A stretch of 64,000 bases of DNA from Bacteroidales bacterium. Lineage in GTDB: Bacteria; Bacteroidota; Bacteroidia; Bacteroidales; JAADJA01. The notes under the pieces were generated by a model, which ran no database searches, was not told where the DNA came from, and was given only the letters and a program-made list of their open reading frames with translations. Below, in pieces: positions 31,828 through 41,012 of the stretch. Position 1 is the first letter of the stretch, and each line of letters begins with the position of its first letter. The stretch is from the NCBI GenBank assembly GCA_020052415.1, contig JAGVPB010000078.1, positions 146,642 through 210,641 on the forward strand. Direction: 5' to 3'. The position numbers and the translations under genes are program-made.

Positions 31828-32928
31828 TTAAACATGTCCGTTCCTTTCCCTGTAAAGGTCTGCCTGGCGCTGGATTGATTCGGTATGAACTATTTCGAGT
31901 AGTTTCTGCAGGAATTCTTTGTTTAAACCCGAATCGAGCCCGGTGTTTAACCTGTCGCGAACAATATTGCTCCACCTTTTTAGCTGTAAGATCGTAATGT
32001 TGTGGTCCCTTTTGTATTTTCCAATTTCGTCAATCAAACACATTCGACGGGCCAGTATATTAATAAGTTCAGCATCAAGTTTATCAATTTCCGTCCGGAG
32101 TTCTTCAAGCTTTGATTCAAATTCAATATTTCCCTTTTCTTCACGGATAATCAAAGAGTCAATAAGTTCTTTTAAATGAGCCGGAGTGATTTGTTGTTGC
32201 GGATCAGTTAATGCGTGTTCCGGATCAATATGTGTTTCTATCATGAGCCCGTTCATTTCCAGGTCCAGAGCTTTTTGTGAAATGTCGCGCAGCGATTCAC
32301 GGTCACCGCAAATATGACTCGGATCGCAGATTACCGGCAGGTCGGGAATTTGCCTTTTTAATTCGATGGGAATTTCCCACATAGGAGCATTCCTGTAAGG
32401 TGTTTTATCAAAAAAATAGAATCCCCGGTGTATGGCTGCAATTTTTTTTATCCCAGCTTGATTAATGCGTTCCAAAGCACCAATCCATAAATTGAGATCA
32501 GGATTGACTGGATTTTTTACCATAACCGGAATATCCACTCCTTTCAGCACATTGGCCAGATCCTGCAAAGAAAACGGATTGACAACCGTTCTTGCTCCGA
32601 TCCATAAAATATCAATTCCAAATTTCAGGGCGGCCTCAACGTGTAATGGGCTTGCCACTTCAACTGTCGTAAGAAGGCCTGTCTCCTCCTTAATTTTACT
32701 TATCCACTTCAACCCTTCAATACCAGCACCTTCAAAAAGTCCCGGACGTGTACGGGGCTTCCAGATGCCTGCTCTGAAAATTTTTACATTTGGGATCATT
32801 GCCACAGCTCGGGCTGTATCCAGCACCTGCTTCTCCGACTCAGCGCTGCACGGCCCACTGATGATTAAAGGAGTGACATCGGTATTGAGCCAATGTTTCA
32901 GAGGTAATATGTCGAGTTTAACACTCAT
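31828..32928 (-). CDS. Bifunctional 3-deoxy-7-phosphoheptulonate (DAHP) synthase / chorismate mutase
   Basis: The N-terminal KDO8P/DAHP-synthase-like barrel has ISGPCSAES, FRAGIWKPRTRPG, WIGARTV and DPSHICG. The C-terminal type II chorismate mutase has LRTEIDKLDAELINILARRMCLIDEIGKYK. Confidence 0.88.
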   Translation of the reverse strand: MSVKLDILPLKHWLNTDVTPLIISGPCSAESEKQVLDTARAVAMIPNVKIFRAGIWKPRTRPGLFEGAGIEGLKWISKIKEETGLLTTVEVASPLHVEAALKFGIDILWIGARTVVNPFSLQDLANVLKGVDIPVMVKNPVNPDLNLWIGALERINQAGIKKIAAIHRGFYFFDKTPYRNAPMWEIPIELKRQIPDLPVICDPSHICGDRESLRDISQKALDLEMNGLMIETHIDPEHALTDPQQQITPAHLKELIDSLIIREEKGNIEFESKLEELRTEIDKLDAELINILARRMCLIDEIGKYKRDHNITILQLKRWSNIVRDRLNTGLDSGLNKEFLQKLLEIVHTESIQRQADLYRERNGHV

Positions 32929-33025
32929 AATTTTGAGACAAAAATACTTAATTTCAATACGGAATTATTGCTTAATTTCAAAGCTTTAATCCAGTATTTC
33001 AACAATGTTAAAATGAAAAAGTAGC

Positions 33026-33033
33026 TAAATTTG
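33026..33033 (+). promoter_or_regulatory. Candidate -7 box (TAAATTTG) upstream of asnS
   Basis: Matches TAnnTTTG, 33 nt upstream of the ATG at 33066. Confidence 0.45.
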
Positions 33034-33065
33034 CAATATAAATAATAATGTTTGAATTTTAAAAC

Positions 33066-34511
33066 ATGATAAAAAGGATAAAGATCGTTAACCTCCTGAA
33101 ATCGAAAGATTACGGAAAGGTGGTAAATGTGAAGGGTTGGGTCAGAACAAAAAGAGGCAGTAAAAATGTTTCTTTTATAGCTTTGAATGATGGCTCAACC
33201 ATTAATAACCTGCAGGTAGTGGTTGATCATTCAGTACTTATGGAAGAAATATTACAACCGGTCAACACAGGCGCCGCTCTTTCCATTACCGGTGAAATCA
33301 TTCAGTCGCCCGGCAGCGGACAGAGTGTTGAAGTCAATGCAAAAAATATCGAGATATTGGGACTTGCCGATCCGGATGAGTATCCGTTGCAACCCAAAAA
33401 GCATTCTCTCGAATTTTTACGGGAAATAGCTCATTTACGGTTTCGTACAAATACTTTCGGAGCAATAGCCCGTTTGCGACATGCACTGATTTTTGCCACT
33501 CATAAATTTTTCAATGATAAAGGATTTTATAATATCCATTCACCCATCATAACAGGCTCAGATGCGGAAGGCGCGGGACAAATGTTCAGAGTTACAATCC
33601 TTGATCCTAAAAATCCTCCGTTAAATGATGATGGGTCGGTAAATTTTCATGAAGATTTTTTTGGGAAAGCCACCAACCTGACTGTTTCAGGTCAGTTAGA
33701 AGCCGAGCTTGCTGCCATGGGGCTTTCAGAGGTTTATACTTTCGGGCCTACTTTCAGGGCGGAAAACTCAAATACTTCAAGGCACCTTGCCGAATTCTGG
33801 ATGATTGAACCTGAAATGGCATTTTATGATATTAACGACAATATGGATTTAGCTGAAGAAATGCTAAAGTTCATTATAAAATATGCCCTTGATAATTGCA
33901 GCGATGATCTTGCCTTTTTAAATAAAAGGCTGTTGGAAGAAGAGCGTTCGAAAAAGCCGGAAGAACGCTCACCGATGGAATTGATTGAAAAACTGAGGTT
34001 TGTTCTCGAAAATAAATTTGAGCGCATCACTTATACACAGGCAATAGATATATTGAAGGATTCAAATCCGAATAAAAAGAAAAAATTTCAGTATGTGATA
34101 GATAAATGGGGCATTGACCTGCAATCGGAACATGAACGTTACCTGGTTGAAAAACACTTTAAAAAGCCCGTAATAGTAACGGATTACCCTAAAGAAATCA
34201 AGGCTTTTTATATGAAAATGAACGATGATGGTAAAACAGTGAGAGCTATGGATGTTCTGTTCCCGCAAATCGGAGAAATCATCGGTGGCTCGCAACGGGA
34301 GGAAATATATGACTCGCTATTGAAACGAATGCGCGAAATGAACGTACCAGAGAAGGAATTATGGTGGTACCTTGAAACGAGAAAGTTTGGAACCGTACCA
34401 CATAGCGGCTTCGGCCTGGGTTTTGAACGAATGGTGCAGTTTATTACCGGTATGGGAAATATCAGGGATGTGATCCCCTTCCCCAGAACCCCGCTAAATG
34501 CTGAATTTTAA
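33066..34511 (+). CDS. asnS: Asparagine--tRNA ligase
   Basis: 481 aa. The N-terminal OB-fold has [23 protein letters not shown]. Class II motifs are [21 protein letters not shown] and [10 protein letters not shown]. Confidence 0.93.
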   Translation: MIKRIKIVNLLKSKDYGKVVNVKGWVRTKRGSKNVSFIALNDGSTINNLQVVVDHSVLMEEILQPVNTGAALSITGEIIQSPGSGQSVEVNAKNIEILGLADPDEYPLQPKKHSLEFLREIAHLRFRTNTFGAIARLRHALIFATHKFFNDKGFYNIHSPIITGSDAEGAGQMFRVTILDPKNPPLNDDGSVNFHEDFFGKATNLTVSGQLEAELAAMGLSEVYTFGPTFRAENSNTSRHLAEFWMIEPEMAFYDINDNMDLAEEMLKFIIKYALDNCSDDLAFLNKRLLEEERSKKPEERSPMELIEKLRFVLENKFERITYTQAIDILKDSNPNKKKKFQYVIDKWGIDLQSEHERYLVEKHFKKPVIVTDYPKEIKAFYMKMNDDGKTVRAMDVLFPQIGEIIGGSQREEIYDSLLKRMREMNVPEKELWWYLETRKFGTVPHSGFGLGFERMVQFITGMGNIRDVIPFPRTPLNAEF

Positions 34512-34608
34512 AAAACTTAATATTGAAATAAATAAATTCTGTTGCTTGTTAAGTATTTATTACCGACATTTGTTTCATGTCTTCAGGCATTGATAAAATA
34601 AAATTTGC

Positions 34609-36099
34609 ATGTTAAATCAGCGGTTACAACAAAAGCTCCTACAGAAACTGTCGCCACAACAGATTCTGCTGATGAAGTTGCTGCAAATTCCTTCAATTGC
34701 CCTTGAGCAAAGGATTAAACAAGAGATAGAAGAAAATCCCGCTCTTGAAGAAACGAATGATTTGGAAGAATTAACCGGACCCGATATGGAATTTGATGAA
34801 CCTCCCGGTGCTGATGAAGACGATCATGATAAAGAAGAAGATATTGAGGTAAAAAACAGCGATGATGAGTTTGATTTTGAAGACTATATTGCTGATGATG
34901 ACGACATTCCGGCTTACAAGCTAAGTGCTAATAACTACAGCCCTGATGATGAAAGAAGGGAAATACCCTTTGTTGCAGGCAATTCTTTCCAGGAACTGTT
35001 GTTTTCTCAATTGGGCATGCGTGACCTGGATGAAAAACAACAAAAAATTGCTGCCTATATCATCGGGAATATTGATGACTCAGGCTATGTGAACCGTGAT
35101 ATTAATGCGATGATAGACGACCTAGTATTTGCAATGAATATTCATGCAAGCAGGGATGAGCTGTTAAAATTGCTTTTCATCATCCAGGAACTCGACCCCC
35201 CCGGTGTAGGAGCGCGTAACCTGCAGGAATGTCTCTTACTTCAATTGAAAAGAAAGGAAGATCCGGGCAAGAGCACGGAACTTGCGATCGAAATTCTTGA
35301 AAGGCATTTTAATGAATTTACAAAAAAGCATTACGAAAAGATAATTAAAAAAGCCAAAATCACAGAACATGAACTGAAAGACGCCATTGAAGAAATCCTG
35401 AAACTCAATCCCAAACCCGGAAATTCACACAGCGATTCAGCAAGAACAAATCATTATATCCTCCCCGATTTTTTTATTTTTAATGATAATGGCGGTCTTG
35501 ATTTTCAACTGAATTCGAAAAATGCACCGGAATTACGGCTCAACAGAACCTATATGGATATGCTTGAAACTTATGCCAGCAGTAAAAATAAGAGCAAGCA
35601 CAGGGATACCATATCCTTTGTAAAACAAAAAATTGATTCAGCAAGATGGTTTATTGATGCCATCAGGCAACGGCAAAACACCCTGCAAATAACCATGCAG
35701 GCCATCATGGATTACCAGAGTGAGTACTTTCTGACGGGTGACGAAACAAAGCTAAGGCCTATGATCCTGAAAGATATCGCTGAAATTGTAAACCTCGATA
35801 TATCTACCATTTCGCGTGTTGCAAACAGCAAGTATGTTCAAACACCATTCGGAACTTTTCTTTTGAAAAGCTTTTTCTCTGAGTCAATGCAAACCGACAG
35901 TGGCGAAGAAGTTTCAACCCGTGAAATAAAGAAAATTCTTTCGGATTGCATTGAAGCCGAAGAAAAGGGCAAACCGCTCACCGACGAGCAGCTTACAAAG
36001 ATTCTCAAAGAAAAAGGATACAATATTGCACGGCGCACAGTGGCTAAGTACCGCGAACAACTCAATATTCCCGTTGCCCGGCTCAGAAAAGAATTGTAA
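34609..36099 (+). CDS. rpoN: RNA polymerase sigma-54 factor
   Basis: The N-terminal Gln/Leu-rich region I reads LQQKLLQKLSPQQILLMKLLQ. An acidic region II follows. The C-terminal RpoN box reads ARRTVAKYREQLNIP. Confidence 0.95.
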   Translation: MLNQRLQQKLLQKLSPQQILLMKLLQIPSIALEQRIKQEIEENPALEETNDLEELTGPDMEFDEPPGADEDDHDKEEDIEVKNSDDEFDFEDYIADDDDIPAYKLSANNYSPDDERREIPFVAGNSFQELLFSQLGMRDLDEKQQKIAAYIIGNIDDSGYVNRDINAMIDDLVFAMNIHASRDELLKLLFIIQELDPPGVGARNLQECLLLQLKRKEDPGKSTELAIEILERHFNEFTKKHYEKIIKKAKITEHELKDAIEEILKLNPKPGNSHSDSARTNHYILPDFFIFNDNGGLDFQLNSKNAPELRLNRTYMDMLETYASSKNKSKHRDTISFVKQKIDSARWFIDAIRQRQNTLQITMQAIMDYQSEYFLTGDETKLRPMILKDIAEIVNLDISTISRVANSKYVQTPFGTFLLKSFFSESMQTDSGEEVSTREIKKILSDCIEAEEKGKPLTDEQLTKILKEKGYNIARRTVAKYREQLNIPVARLRKEL

Positions 36100-36110
36100 G
36101 CTGATCTTTC

Positions 36111-36719
36111 ATGGAACAAAAATTCGCCGGTTTAATTTCCTATATCATTCACCCCATGCTAATTCCAACTTACCTGACATTAATTCTGTTCAATATTAAT
36201 ACTTACGCTACTCTGCTTATCCCTGCCGAAGCCAGGCTGATGATATTTGTCCTGATTTTCCTTACCACATTCGCTTTCCCTTCTATTTTTATTCTTTTTA
36301 TGAAGCGAAGAGGAATGATCAAATCTATTCAGATGGAGACAAAGGAAGAAAGAACTCTTCCGTTCGCCATAGCCGGAGTTTTTAATTTTACGGCTTCATT
36401 TATGATCCGGCAAATACAGATCGCTGAGATTTTTTATCTTTTTTTGCTTGGTTCGGCAATATTGATCTTTATATGCCTCATCATAAATTTTTATTTCAAA
36501 ATAAGCATTCACATGGCAGGTATTGGCGGACTGACCGGAGCTTTATTAGGTATTTCATTTCGCTTGAATATTGATGTTATTCAGCTTGTAACTATTGCTG
36601 TATTATTATCCGGGCTGGTCGGTTTTGCAAGGTTGAAACTGAATGCACACAAGGCATTTCAAATATACACAGGTTATTTGTGTGGATTGATAGTAATGCT
36701 GGTTATAATTCAGGTTTGA
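36111..36719 (+). CDS. Polytopic membrane protein of unknown function (weak PAP2-like motifs)
   Basis: 202 aa with ~6 TM helices. KISIHMAG and RLKLNAHKAFQ weakly resemble PAP2 motifs. It starts 12 nt after the rpoN stop. Confidence 0.4.
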   Translation: MEQKFAGLISYIIHPMLIPTYLTLILFNINTYATLLIPAEARLMIFVLIFLTTFAFPSIFILFMKRRGMIKSIQMETKEERTLPFAIAGVFNFTASFMIRQIQIAEIFYLFLLGSAILIFICLIINFYFKISIHMAGIGGLTGALLGISFRLNIDVIQLVTIAVLLSGLVGFARLKLNAHKAFQIYTGYLCGLIVMLVIIQV

Positions 36720-36761
36720 ATCCGGATCAGAAAGTTTGAAGAGAGCCTGAAATCTTTATAA

Positions 36762-37436
36762 TTAAAATGGAATAATAGTCAAACCGACTGAAATGGGATA
36801 CATTTCAGGACCGTAATCTTTCTGGAATAATGTCGAAAGCTGGTAATATCCCCATAGATTCAGCCATTTATAACCGATGCGTCCTGTGAATCCATACCTG
36901 TTTTTTTCCAGGAAGTTTATTTTTGATTTTTTATAAATGATCAAATCCGAATTGCCTAAAATGTAGTCATCTCCTTTATACTTGGTGTGAGCTCTCATTA
37001 AAAAACCAAATTTAAATCCGATGGCAAGCCTGAAATCACTTTTTGATTTATACCGCACCTCAAAAGGTATATCAAGGTAGGTGACCACGAGCTTTGATTT
37101 TTTATAATCCTGACCTGGTAATGAATCAAGAATGGGTTGAAAGTAAGTGGAATCCCCCGTATTTACAAGAAATGATGAATTAAACAGGTTGTGAACCCCA
37201 AAACCCAGACCGGGTGAAAAACTCACGTTGCTTTTCCCAAAAATATAATTGTATGTTCCAAACACATTGATTCCGGGATTTAATGTTCCCGGGTCAAGAT
37301 CGTTGGGAATATCCTGCCACAAATCGGTAAATACATCCATACCGATTGTAAATTTACGTTTGGTATCCTCAGTCACTACCTGCGAGAATGAATTGATAAA
37401 CACAAAACTGAATAATAGAATGAGTAGCTTTTTCAT
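36762..37436 (-). CDS. Outer-membrane beta-barrel protein (PorT/OprF-like small porin family)
   Basis: Signal peptide MKKLLILLFSFVFINSFSQ. It has an alternating beta-strand pattern and a C-terminal aromatic residue (…LTIIPF). Confidence 0.6.
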   Translation of the reverse strand: MKKLLILLFSFVFINSFSQVVTEDTKRKFTIGMDVFTDLWQDIPNDLDPGTLNPGINVFGTYNYIFGKSNVSFSPGLGFGVHNLFNSSFLVNTGDSTYFQPILDSLPGQDYKKSKLVVTYLDIPFEVRYKSKSDFRLAIGFKFGFLMRAHTKYKGDDYILGNSDLIIYKKSKINFLEKNRYGFTGRIGYKWLNLWGYYQLSTLFQKDYGPEMYPISVGLTIIPF

Positions 37437-37494
37437 TTGTTGATTTTAAAAAGTAAAAACAAAGATAAAAAATATTCGCTTTAATAACCTTAAA

Positions 37495-38508
37495 TTATTT
37501 AACTGTATCATCAGATTCATAACCACGGCTAAGATAAAACGCAGCTTTATCGAAAAAAAGCATCATCCTGCGTTCCAGTTCGAGCACAATATAAATGTCA
37601 ATGGTTTTGTTCCACATTCCCTGTGAAAGAGCAAATTCCCAGATGTTTTTCCGGATAAGGCTCAGGGCGCTGATCACCTCGCTTGCTTTAAATCCTTCTT
37701 TCTTTCTTGTTCTGCCCATTTCCATATAATAATCGCGGTTGTCTTTTTCGGTATAAAGCCCTTTTAACCAGTGCCCGAACTGCTCTATCACATGCCGGCC
37801 CCTCATCAGAACCTCTGCTTTTTCAAGCCGTGCATAACTTTCGGTTGACCTTTTACTGCATACATCCTCAGTCCATTTACCGGCAATCAGGTCTGCATTC
37901 TTTTCAATGACTTCGGTTAAACGGTCGGAAAGAAAATATTTCTTTTTTTGTTCCAGCTCATCCTCCATTCTCGAAAGATTAAATGAATCGAGAATTGCCC
38001 AGAAATCTACTTTATTTCTTATAAACGCCTTTATAGCTTTTTCGTTTGATTTAAATGCAAGCGCCGGCAACTTTTCTATTGGGAAATATTTTACATCTGT
38101 TGCATCATCTCCCGGTTGTAATATGCCACCGGTTTGTTCAACTTCATAAGTGATAAATGTAAGGTCGCCGTAATGCCGGCTCTTAACTGAATCCACATCC
38201 ACAAGGTTAATGATCTTACCATGTATGCCCGATTCCTCAAAGAGTTCACGCAACGCTGCCTCCCCAATACTTTCATTGGTTTCTGCAAATCCGGTTGGTA
38301 AACACCATTTTCCCCTGTAGGGCTTGTTCCCTCGTTTTACGAGCAACAAGGCTCTGTCGGGACAATGGATGCACGATACTACCGGTAGAGGATTTTCATA
38401 GAAATAGGTTTTGCAGTTGCTGCAATATTGCCTTGGTATTTCTCCTTCCTTTTTCAGTATCGTCACCGATCCGCAATATGGACAATACTTTTGACTTTTC
38501 GTTTTCAA
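37495..38508 (-). CDS. Zn-ribbon + NUDIX hydrolase fused to an all-alpha C-terminal domain of unknown function
   Basis: The N-terminal zinc ribbon is CPYCGS...CSNC. The Nudix box is GFAETNESIGEAALRELFEESGI. About 170 aa of helical C-terminal domain follow. The gene start (38508) overlaps the upstream methyltransferase stop by 4 nt. Confidence 0.8.
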   Translation of the reverse strand: MKTKSQKYCPYCGSVTILKKEGEIPRQYCSNCKTYFYENPLPVVSCIHCPDRALLLVKRGNKPYRGKWCLPTGFAETNESIGEAALRELFEESGIHGKIINLVDVDSVKSRHYGDLTFITYEVEQTGGILQPGDDATDVKYFPIEKLPALAFKSNEKAIKAFIRNKVDFWAILDSFNLSRMEDELEQKKKYFLSDRLTEVIEKNADLIAGKWTEDVCSKRSTESYARLEKAEVLMRGRHVIEQFGHWLKGLYTEKDNRDYYMEMGRTRKKEGFKASEVISALSLIRKNIWEFALSQGMWNKTIDIYIVLELERRMMLFFDKAAFYLSRGYESDDTVK

Positions 38509-39350
38509 TTGTAGCGTTTTATCGGTTGTTCACAAATAAAAACAGCATCATTTTTTGTGATCCTGCAGCCGTCCTTACTGCAAAATCGTTCAACCAGGTT
38601 CTTTTCAATCTGATGGTAAAGTTTATTATCTCCCGACAAGCCGTCCGGCATAAAAAACGATCGCTTGTAGCTGAAATAATTAAGAAACTCCTCGACTGTG
38701 GTTTCAGAAAATACCAGCTCATTTTTAAATTCCCTCTTCTCAACTTTTCCGAAATATCCTGACAGTATTGACTCTCCCCTCTCGGCAGTAAAGTTATTAA
38801 TAAGCCTGTCATGAGGAAGCAAATTCACATGTTTAAATCCTTTATCGTGGATGATTCTTAATACAGTATCGGTAAGTTCCCGTAAGTGTGTGGAAGCATG
38901 AGTGATGATGATGACCTTTCCTTTTTCATTAACAATATTAACAACAAGAGGTAATATTTCAGGAAAGAAATAAATGGAATAGCTGCTCAGCACAATATCT
39001 GTTTCTGAAGGATTAAATGTTGAAATTATTTGAACACCGGAATTATGAAATTCACCGGTAATACCAATATTTTTACATACTTCCAGATAATCCTTCCGGT
39101 ATTCTTCATGACAATCAATCCCGGAAATAAAAGAACCGGTTTGAATTTTATTCTTTAATGCTTCTGTAAAGAACCCGAAACCGCAGCCCAGGTCAACAAA
39201 TCTTTTTTTGCCTGTAAAATCTATTCCTTTCAGGGCCAGTTCCCTGACATCATTAGTATTTGTAGAATACGACCTGATGATATCCGCACTTTCAATATGT
39301 CCCCTGGTATTACGAAAAACATCAGAAAGTTTTACCCCTTGCTTAATCAT
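38505..39350 (-). CDS. Class I SAM-dependent methyltransferase
   Basis: Motif I is FVDLGCGFGFF, followed by the post-I acidic residue pattern. 281 aa. Confidence 0.75.
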   Translation of the reverse strand: MIKQGVKLSDVFRNTRGHIESADIIRSYSTNTNDVRELALKGIDFTGKKRFVDLGCGFGFFTEALKNKIQTGSFISGIDCHEEYRKDYLEVCKNIGITGEFHNSGVQIISTFNPSETDIVLSSYSIYFFPEILPLVVNIVNEKGKVIIITHASTHLRELTDTVLRIIHDKGFKHVNLLPHDRLINNFTAERGESILSGYFGKVEKREFKNELVFSETTVEEFLNYFSYKRSFFMPDGLSGDNKLYHQIEKNLVERFCSKDGCRITKNDAVFICEQPIKRYN

Positions 39351-39450
39351 ATCAGTGGATTATATTGGTCAAATGTAGTAAATTTTTTGCCCTAAGCATA
39401 TTTATTGGTGCAATCTATTAGACTGTTTAAAAATGAAAAATTATGTTTGA

Positions 39451-39588
39451 GATTCTTCGCTTCACTGCGTTCCGCTCAGAATGACAATTGAACAGGAGGT
39501 TGAGAGGGGAGGCTATTGGCGGCTCCGCCGCCAATAGCCTCCCCTGATAAACAGGATTAATGTGTCATTCCGAGTGAAGCGAGTAATC
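39451..39588. repeat. Nested inverted-repeat element (outer arms of a Bacteroidota intergenic repeat word, inner 17-bp GC-rich perfect hairpin)
   Basis: The inner hairpin is GGGGAGGCTATTGGCGG (39506-22), loop CTCCG, CCGCCAATAGCCTCCCC (39528-44). The outer arms are GATTCTTCGCTTCACTGCGTTCCGCTCAGAATGACA (39451-86) and TGTCATTCCGAGTGAAGCGAGTAATC (39563-88). Confidence 0.85.
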
Positions 39589-39759
39589 TACAAAACTGAA
39601 CTTTGCATCTGTAAATTAATTTTTTCCAGTACACTCAAATAGGATTTAGCCCGCTCATTTCGTAAAAGACAAATTACAAACAATGATATTTTCCCTGGAT
39701 GGGGATGAATTATAGAAAGGTACAGACCGTAGCCCATACCAGAATTCATTTTGATCTTC

Positions 39760-40671
39760 CTACATCCACTTCTTCCTTTTAAAGAAGGTGTACATGCCGA
39801 TGACGATGATCATCATGGCACTTACAACGATCCAAAATGAACGGGGATCATTCTGTAATGGCAGGTTTACATTCATGCCGTACAGACCTGTTAAAAATGT
39901 AAGCGGGAGAAGAACAGAGGAGATCAGCGTAAGGGTCTTAATAATTTCATTCGTCCTGTTGGCCTGCATCGAATCGAATGTTTGCGACAGTCCTTCTATA
40001 AGTTCAGCATAGTCCTCGGTTAAATCCCACATTTGTTTATAGTAGTCGAGAATGTTGCTCCAGTAGTCTTCCATGTTATTGGCATAGCCTTCTATCTGTT
40101 TTGATTCGAACCTGGCAAACAACGGGAGTTGCGGTTTGAACATCGTATTGAGGGAAATGATATTTTTCCGTATGACCGAAATCCGCTCAATGGTTTGCTG
40201 CGCTCTGATATCGAACAATGACCGGTTGATTGCATCCACATCGTCACCGATCTTTTTGATGATCTTTTGGGTGGCTTTCATCAGGCGTTCAAGAATGGTA
40301 TAAAGTAAGGCGTCGCTGGTACCCACTTCAAAATCTTCATCTCTTGCTTCCATCTCCTTACCTTCCTTAAACATATCAGCAACCACCCAATGTGATTTAC
40401 CAATGGTGATCAGGTAATCCTCACCCCAGAATATCTTTATTTCCCTGATCCTGAGAAACCGGTTTTGCTTGTCGAAATCAGGGAAATGCAGGATGATAAA
40501 ATAGTAGTCGTCGTAAATATCAACTTTTGGTCGCTGGTTGTATTCTTCTTTACAGTCTTCGATGTCGAGTGGGTGGAAATGAAAGTTATCTTTCAGGTAG
40601 TTAAGGTTATCGTCGGAGGGATTAACGATATGATGCCATCTCAGTGTGCCGATTTTAATTGTTTCGATCAT
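39760..40671 (-). CDS. corA: CorA-family magnesium/cobalt transporter
   Basis: 303 aa. The GMN signature is in LTGLYGMNVNLP, between two C-terminal TM helices. Confidence 0.9.
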   Translation of the reverse strand: MIETIKIGTLRWHHIVNPSDDNLNYLKDNFHFHPLDIEDCKEEYNQRPKVDIYDDYYFIILHFPDFDKQNRFLRIREIKIFWGEDYLITIGKSHWVVADMFKEGKEMEARDEDFEVGTSDALLYTILERLMKATQKIIKKIGDDVDAINRSLFDIRAQQTIERISVIRKNIISLNTMFKPQLPLFARFESKQIEGYANNMEDYWSNILDYYKQMWDLTEDYAELIEGLSQTFDSMQANRTNEIIKTLTLISSVLLPLTFLTGLYGMNVNLPLQNDPRSFWIVVSAMMIIVIGMYTFFKRKKWM

Positions 40672-40783
40672 AAGCCCTCCTTTCTTAATATTTTACTACA
40701 TCCCGATTTTGTTTAATTCACTTGATTTTTGATCATTTATATTTAAGCCTGAATAATTTATGAAAAACAATAACTTAGTGAAA

Positions 40784-40846
40784 CTTAGTGCTTTCGTGCC
40801 TTTGTGGCGACAACCCTTTTTGCCACCAAGTCACTAAGGCACAAAG
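40784..40846. repeat. Imperfect 25-bp inverted repeat with a 13-nt spacer upstream of corA
   Basis: CTTAGTGCTTTCGTGCCTTTGTGGC (40784-808) versus GCCACCAAGTCACTAAGGCACAAAG (40822-46); 20 of 25 positions are complementary by hand alignment. ACTTAGTG is also duplicated at 40772. Confidence 0.7.
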
Positions 40847-40957
40847 AAAACACAAAGCTTTTGAATAAATCAGGTTATTCTGCTAACTGCCCACAGTCTT
40901 TTATTTTTCCACTACTGCCGACTTCCTCCAGCCCGCGCAAAGATAAATAAATAACTC

Positions 40958-40993
40958 AAAAAAAAGGCTGGTCAAAATTTGATCAGCCTTTTT
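40958..40993 (-). terminator. Rho-independent (bidirectional-looking) terminator after the T9SS cargo gene
   Basis: AAAAAAAAGGCTGGTCA-AAATT-TGATCAGCCTTTTT: a 9-bp stem with one mismatch, with A/T runs on both sides. It lies 20 nt downstream of the stop at 41013. Confidence 0.7.
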
Positions 40994-41012
40994 GATTTTT
41001 ATTGATCCGGTA

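Noticed and set aside
31742-31975. 77-aa minus-strand ORF overlapping the 3' end of the DAHP synthase/chorismate mutase gene
   Set aside because: It is an alternative frame of a well-supported CDS and extends into AT-rich spacer. It is likely spurious.
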